From the NCBI GenBank assembly GCA_964291625.2, contig OZ220089.1, forward strand, positions 3,808,001-3,872,000: a stretch of 64,000 bases of DNA. Reading direction: 5' to 3'. Positions 59,155-64,000 of the stretch are shown in pieces. Numbering within the stretch: position 1 is the stretch's first letter; each line of letters opens with the position of its first letter. The notes beneath the pieces were generated by a model that worked only from the letters and a program-made list of their open reading frames with translations, was not told the origin of the DNA and did no database searches. This stretch comes from Candidatus Latescibacterota bacterium. Its GTDB lineage: Bacteria; Latescibacterota; UBA2968; UBA8231. A program made the position numbers and the translations under genes.

Positions 59155-59915
59155 TCGTCGAGGTTGTTCAGCTGGTCGCGGAGCTCGGCGGCGCGCTCGA
59201 ACTCCTCGCGGGAGACGGCGGACTCCAGCTCCTGGCGGAGGCGCTCCTTCTCGCTGAGGGGCCGCCGCCCGGTGAGTTCCTCCACGAGCTCGTCGAGGGC
59301 CTGGATGGAGCGCTCGCGCTCGGCGTGGAACTCCTCGGCGTCGACGTCGTCGAGATTCTCGATGCTCCGGCGCGCCTTGTTCAGGCGGCCGATGGCGTCG
59401 TCGAAGTCGTCCTCCTCGACGGCGAGCATGGCGCGTGCCGTGGCGTCGATGCGCAGGATGTAGGGCCACCACTTCTCGAGGTTGTTGCGGTCGTCCTCGT
59501 GGGCGGCGTAGCGGTTGACGAAGCGGAACAGGGCCATGTTGCGCTCGGTGTCGCGCACGACGCGGTGGTACTCCTTGATCTGCAGCAGGAAGACGTAGCG
59601 CCCGTAGATGCGGGAACTCTCGTCGAAGAGCTCCTTGCAGACCTCCCGGTCGAGGTGGAAGTCCTGATCGCTGCCCCCGTGGGTGGCGCGGTGGTCCTTG
59701 AGGGCGGCGGTGTAGTGGTCGAGGGCGAAGTCGTGGTCGTGGGGCCGCCGGCCGTCGGGACGGCCGTCGAGGTTGAGCTGGAGGATGCCCTGGAAGGCGC
59801 CCTGGTCGACGCGGACCTGGATCTTGGCGACGCCGTCGGCGCCCTTGATCTTGCGCACGTTCGACTCGGGATCGTAGGCCCAGGCGTCGAGCAACCCGGT
59901 GATGTCTGCGCTCAT
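59151..59915 (-). CDS. UvrB/UvrC (UVR) motif-containing protein
   Basis: C-terminal LESAVSREEFERAAELRDQL; N-terminal GRPDGRRP, VVRDTERN. Confidence 0.8.
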   Translation of the reverse strand: MSADITGLLDAWAYDPESNVRKIKGADGVAKIQVRVDQGAFQGILQLNLDGRPDGRRPHDHDFALDHYTAALKDHRATHGGSDQDFHLDREVCKELFDESSRIYGRYVFLLQIKEYHRVVRDTERNMALFRFVNRYAAHEDDRNNLEKWWPYILRIDATARAMLAVEEDDFDDAIGRLNKARRSIENLDDVDAEEFHAERERSIQALDELVEELTGRRPLSEKERLRQELESAVSREEFERAAELRDQLNNLDD

Positions 59916-60029
59916 GGCGGTCCGTCTCTTCCCTTGGCCGGGCTAGGTTACCCCGGCCCTCCGGCAGTGTCAATCGAGCCGCAGGCGCCCATGCCGGCCG
60001 ACCGCGGTCGGGCTGGCCGCGGTCGGCCC

Positions 60030-60091
60030 TTGACGATCAGGCGATAGGCGACATATTTGTCTTTTTGGTATTCGGCAAAGACGCTTTTGTC
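60030..60091 (+). promoter_or_regulatory. Putative sigma70 promoter of the NifA-like gene overlapped by two GAC-N6-GTC boxes
   Basis: TTGACG(60030)-16 nt-CATATT; GACATATTTGTC (60050) and GACGCTTTTGTC (60080). Confidence 0.6.
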
Positions 60092-60109
60092 CCAATTCCC
60101 AACGAGGCG

Positions 60110-61666
<1,557 letters not shown>

Positions 61667-61685
61667 GATCCAGCCCCGGGAAAGA

Positions 61686-61727
61686 GACAAATTCGTCGCA
61701 CTTGATTCTCAAAGAGACGAAATTGTT
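61686..61727 (+). promoter_or_regulatory. Upstream activator sequences (2x GAC-N6-GTY, 30-bp spacing) for amtB
   Basis: GACAAATTCGTC (61686) and GACGAAATTGTT (61716), each preceded by AAAGA, ~100-140 bp upstream of a sigma54 promoter. Confidence 0.68.
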
Positions 61728-61822
61728 GCTTCCTTCCTCAGGTGCAGACCCGCGCTACAAGATCCTGCAAATCGAGTAAAAACAGCCTCTTGGGAGGGGA
61801 TTCGGCGATCGTCCCCTGGTGC

Positions 61823-61838
61823 TGGCACCAAGGTTGCT
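61823..61838 (+). promoter_or_regulatory. sigma54 (-24/-12) promoter of the amtB-glnK operon
   Basis: TGGCACCAAGGTTGCT matches TGGCAC-N5-TTGCW; adjacent to an enhancer-binding protein gene. Confidence 0.82.
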
Positions 61839-61886
61839 ACAGACCCGGGCCGACAGCCTCACACCCCCCACGGAGGAAGAACGGCC

Positions 61887-63230
61887 ATGCGCCAACACCG
61901 GCGTCTCCTGTTGCGATTGCTGCCCGCCGCCGCGGTCCTGCTCGGAGCGACCGCACCTGCCCACGGGCAGGAGATCGCGTCCATGGACGGGTTCCGGAGC
62001 ATGCCTCTGGTCTACCCCAAGTTCATGGTCGACAACCTGTGGATCCTGATCGCCGCGGCCCTCGTCTTCGTCATGCACCTGGGCTTCGCCACCCTCGAGT
62101 CGGGCCTGACGCGGCAGAAGAACACGGTGAACATCCTCTTCAAGAACGTGTTCATCATCTGCGCCGGGATCATCACCTACGCCCTCACCGGCTTCAACAC
62201 GATGTACCCCGGAGACTTCAACGGCTTCCTGGCGATCCTCGGGCCGATCGGCTTCAGCGACGAGGTGGCGAACCTGACCGCCGCCTACGCCGACTACACC
62301 TACTGGGCCGACTTCATCTTCCAGGCCATGTTCGCCGCCACCGCGGCCACCATCGTCTCCGGCGCCGTGGCCGAGCGCGTCAAGCTCAACGGGTTCATGG
62401 TCTACGCGGCGGTCCTGGTCGCCTTCTGCTACCCCGTGGCCGGCTCCTGGAAGTGGGGCGGCGGCTGGCTCGACGCCATGGGCTTCCACGACTTCGCCGG
62501 CTCGTCGATCGTCCACGCCTTCGGCGGGTTCTCGGCCCTGGCGGCGGTCCTCGTCCTCGGGTCCCGCATCGGCAAGTACACCGCCGGCGGCCAGGTGCGG
62601 CCGATCCTCGGCCACAGCATGCCATTGGCGACGATCGGCGTCTTCCTGCTGTGGCTCGGCTGGTTCGGCTTCAACGGCGGCTCCGTCCTCAGCGCCGACC
62701 CGGGCGCCGTCGCCCTGGTCTTCGTCACCACCTCGCTGGCCGCCGCCGCCGGGGGGCTGGCCTCGATCTTCACCTCCATGGCCTACCTGAAGAAGCCCGA
62801 CATCACCATGGCCCTCAACGGCATCCTGGCGGGCCTGGTGGGCATCACCGCGGGGGCCGATTCCGTCACCTGGATCGGCGCCATCCTCATCGGCCTCATC
62901 GCCGGCGTGATCGTCGTGTTCTCCATCGTCCTCATCGACCGTCTGCGCGTCGACGACCCGGTGGGCGCCATCTCCGTCCACGGCGTCTGCGGCGTCTGGG
63001 GCACCGTCGCCGTGGGCCTCTTCAGCACCAATCCCGGGCACACCGTAGGCGTCCAGATCGCCGGCACCCTGTCCTATGCCGCCTTCGCCTTCGTCGTCTC
63101 CTTCGTCCTCGCCACCGCGGTCAAGCACACCCTGGGCCTGCGCGTCAGCGCCGAGGAGGAGGACGAGGGGCTCGATCTGGGCGAGCACGGCCAGCCGGCC
63201 TACGCCGACTTCCAGTACATCGCCAACTGA
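61887..63230 (+). CDS. amtB: Ammonium transporter
   Basis: FQAMFAATAATIVSGAVAER, DFAGSSIVH, LWLGWFGFNGGS, DDPVGAISVHG, GLDLGEHG. Confidence 0.97.
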   Translation: MRQHRRLLLRLLPAAAVLLGATAPAHGQEIASMDGFRSMPLVYPKFMVDNLWILIAAALVFVMHLGFATLESGLTRQKNTVNILFKNVFIICAGIITYALTGFNTMYPGDFNGFLAILGPIGFSDEVANLTAAYADYTYWADFIFQAMFAATAATIVSGAVAERVKLNGFMVYAAVLVAFCYPVAGSWKWGGGWLDAMGFHDFAGSSIVHAFGGFSALAAVLVLGSRIGKYTAGGQVRPILGHSMPLATIGVFLLWLGWFGFNGGSVLSADPGAVALVFVTTSLAAAAGGLASIFTSMAYLKKPDITMALNGILAGLVGITAGADSVTWIGAILIGLIAGVIVVFSIVLIDRLRVDDPVGAISVHGVCGVWGTVAVGLFSTNPGHTVGVQIAGTLSYAAFAFVVSFVLATAVKHTLGLRVSAEEEDEGLDLGEHGQPAYADFQYIAN

Positions 63231-63254
63231 CACAGCGACAGAGGAGAGAGAGAA

Positions 63255-63593
63255 ATGGTCAAGATCGAAGCGTATCTGCGGCCCGCGTCGCTGGAGAAGG
63301 TGCAGCAGGCGCTGGCGGAAATCGGCATCGCCGGTCTCTCGGTGCTGGAGGTCCGGGGCTTCGGCCGCCAGCGCGGACACCGCGAGGTCTACCGCGGCGC
63401 CGAATATACCCTAGACTTCGTGCCCAAGATCAAGGTGGAGGTGGCGGTCCGGGAGGTGGACCGGCAGCAGGCCGTGGACGCCATCGTCGAGGCCTCCAAG
63501 ACGGGCCAGACCGGCGACGGCAAGGTCTTCGTCGTTCCCGTGCAGGAAGCCGTCAGGGTGCGCACCGGAGAGACCGGGGACAGCGCTCTGTAG
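63255..63593 (+). CDS. glnK: P-II nitrogen regulatory protein
   Basis: GFGRQRG..EVYRGAEY, PKIKVE, TGQTGDGKVFV, RVRTGE; next to amtB. Confidence 0.95.
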   Translation: MVKIEAYLRPASLEKVQQALAEIGIAGLSVLEVRGFGRQRGHREVYRGAEYTLDFVPKIKVEVAVREVDRQQAVDAIVEASKTGQTGDGKVFVVPVQEAVRVRTGETGDSAL

Positions 63594-63625
63594 CCCCACC
63601 CCACCGAATGGGAGGAACGGACATC

Positions 63626-64000
63626 ATGCGCATGCGTACCCTCACCCGCACCCTCGCCGCGACCGCCGCGATCGCCGCGGCGGGGTGGCCCGCCGCCGCC
63701 CCGGCGGAGATCGGCATCGGCGCCGACGTGGTCAGCCGCTACGTCTGGCGCGGCACCGACTTCGGCAACGCCGTCAGCGTGCAGCCGGGCATCGCCTTCT
63801 CCAGGGACGCCGTCGAGATCGGCGCCTGGTCCTCGTGGGCGATCAACGGCGGCGGCGCCAACGAGAACGACCTCTACGTCTCCTGGTCATCCGGTCCGGT
63901 CTCCGTCACGGTGACCGACTACTACTTCCCCGTCGGCGAGGAGGAGGAGCCCGAGGAGGCCGCCATGGAGGGCGACGAAGAGCACGCCCCCGACAGCGCG
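63626..64000 (+). CDS. TorF/TIGR02001-like putative porin, partial (runs off window end)
   Basis: RBS GGAGG; signal peptide; ADVVSRYVWRG..VQPG..IGAW.S..ENDLY..VTDYYFP; this family often neighbours amtB/glnK. Confidence 0.75.
   Translation, partial: MRMRTLTRTLAATAAIAAAGWPAAAPAEIGIGADVVSRYVWRGTDFGNAVSVQPGIAFSRDAVEIGAWSSWAINGGGANENDLYVSWSSGPVSVTVTDYYFPVGEEEEPEEAAMEGDEEHAPDSA

Noticed and set aside
61681-61730. AAAGAGAC direct repeat as a mini-CRISPR
   Set aside because: Only two 8-bp units, no cas genes; better explained as enhancer boxes.

Overview
A very GC-rich bacterial chromosomal segment from a diderm organism (lipoproteins, Omp85 and beta-barrel proteins, sigma54). The gene mix (PhyH-like dioxygenase, dockerin-like lipoproteins) is reminiscent of Latescibacterota/Gemmatimonadota-type MAGs, but that is only a guess. 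The right half is mostly housekeeping: hsp20, two CNNM/CBS paralogues, pdxS-pdxT, lpoB locus, ino1/LysR, dusB, uppS-cdsA-rseP-queG, a DAACS symporter, and a NifA-like activator with amtB-glnK-porin. The left half is accessory: a GAF-PAS histidine kinase (partial), two dockerin-like lipoproteins flanking a LacI regulator, a translationally coupled operon of unknown product (UbiA-like, PigC/RPH-like phosphotransferase, BtaA/DUF3419, dolichol/phytol kinase-like, micro-ORF, GNAT, acyl-CoA ligase), a kinase-fold/Omp85 fusion with DUF4956, a nurA-herA-sbcD-sbcC operon and an eroded ArdC-like gene. The most striking feature is a two-gene module present twice in highly diverged form (17314-19118 minus; 46888-48554 plus): a ~130-140 aa protein with a shared Y..HK/CP/P-R/Y[HK]G[FW]P pattern overlapping a ~420-480 aa ImmA/IrrE-like protein. 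One partner keeps HExxH and the other has lost it; this is a candidate undescribed toxin-antitoxin or defence system. Paired GAC-N6-GTC boxes spaced 30 bp apart sit upstream of both the NifA-like gene and the sigma54 amtB promoter. Six frameshifts, four of them single-base losses in short G/C runs, look like long-read assembly errors. I saw no tRNA, rRNA, CRISPR array or transposase. All calls are by eye from motifs; no searches were run.
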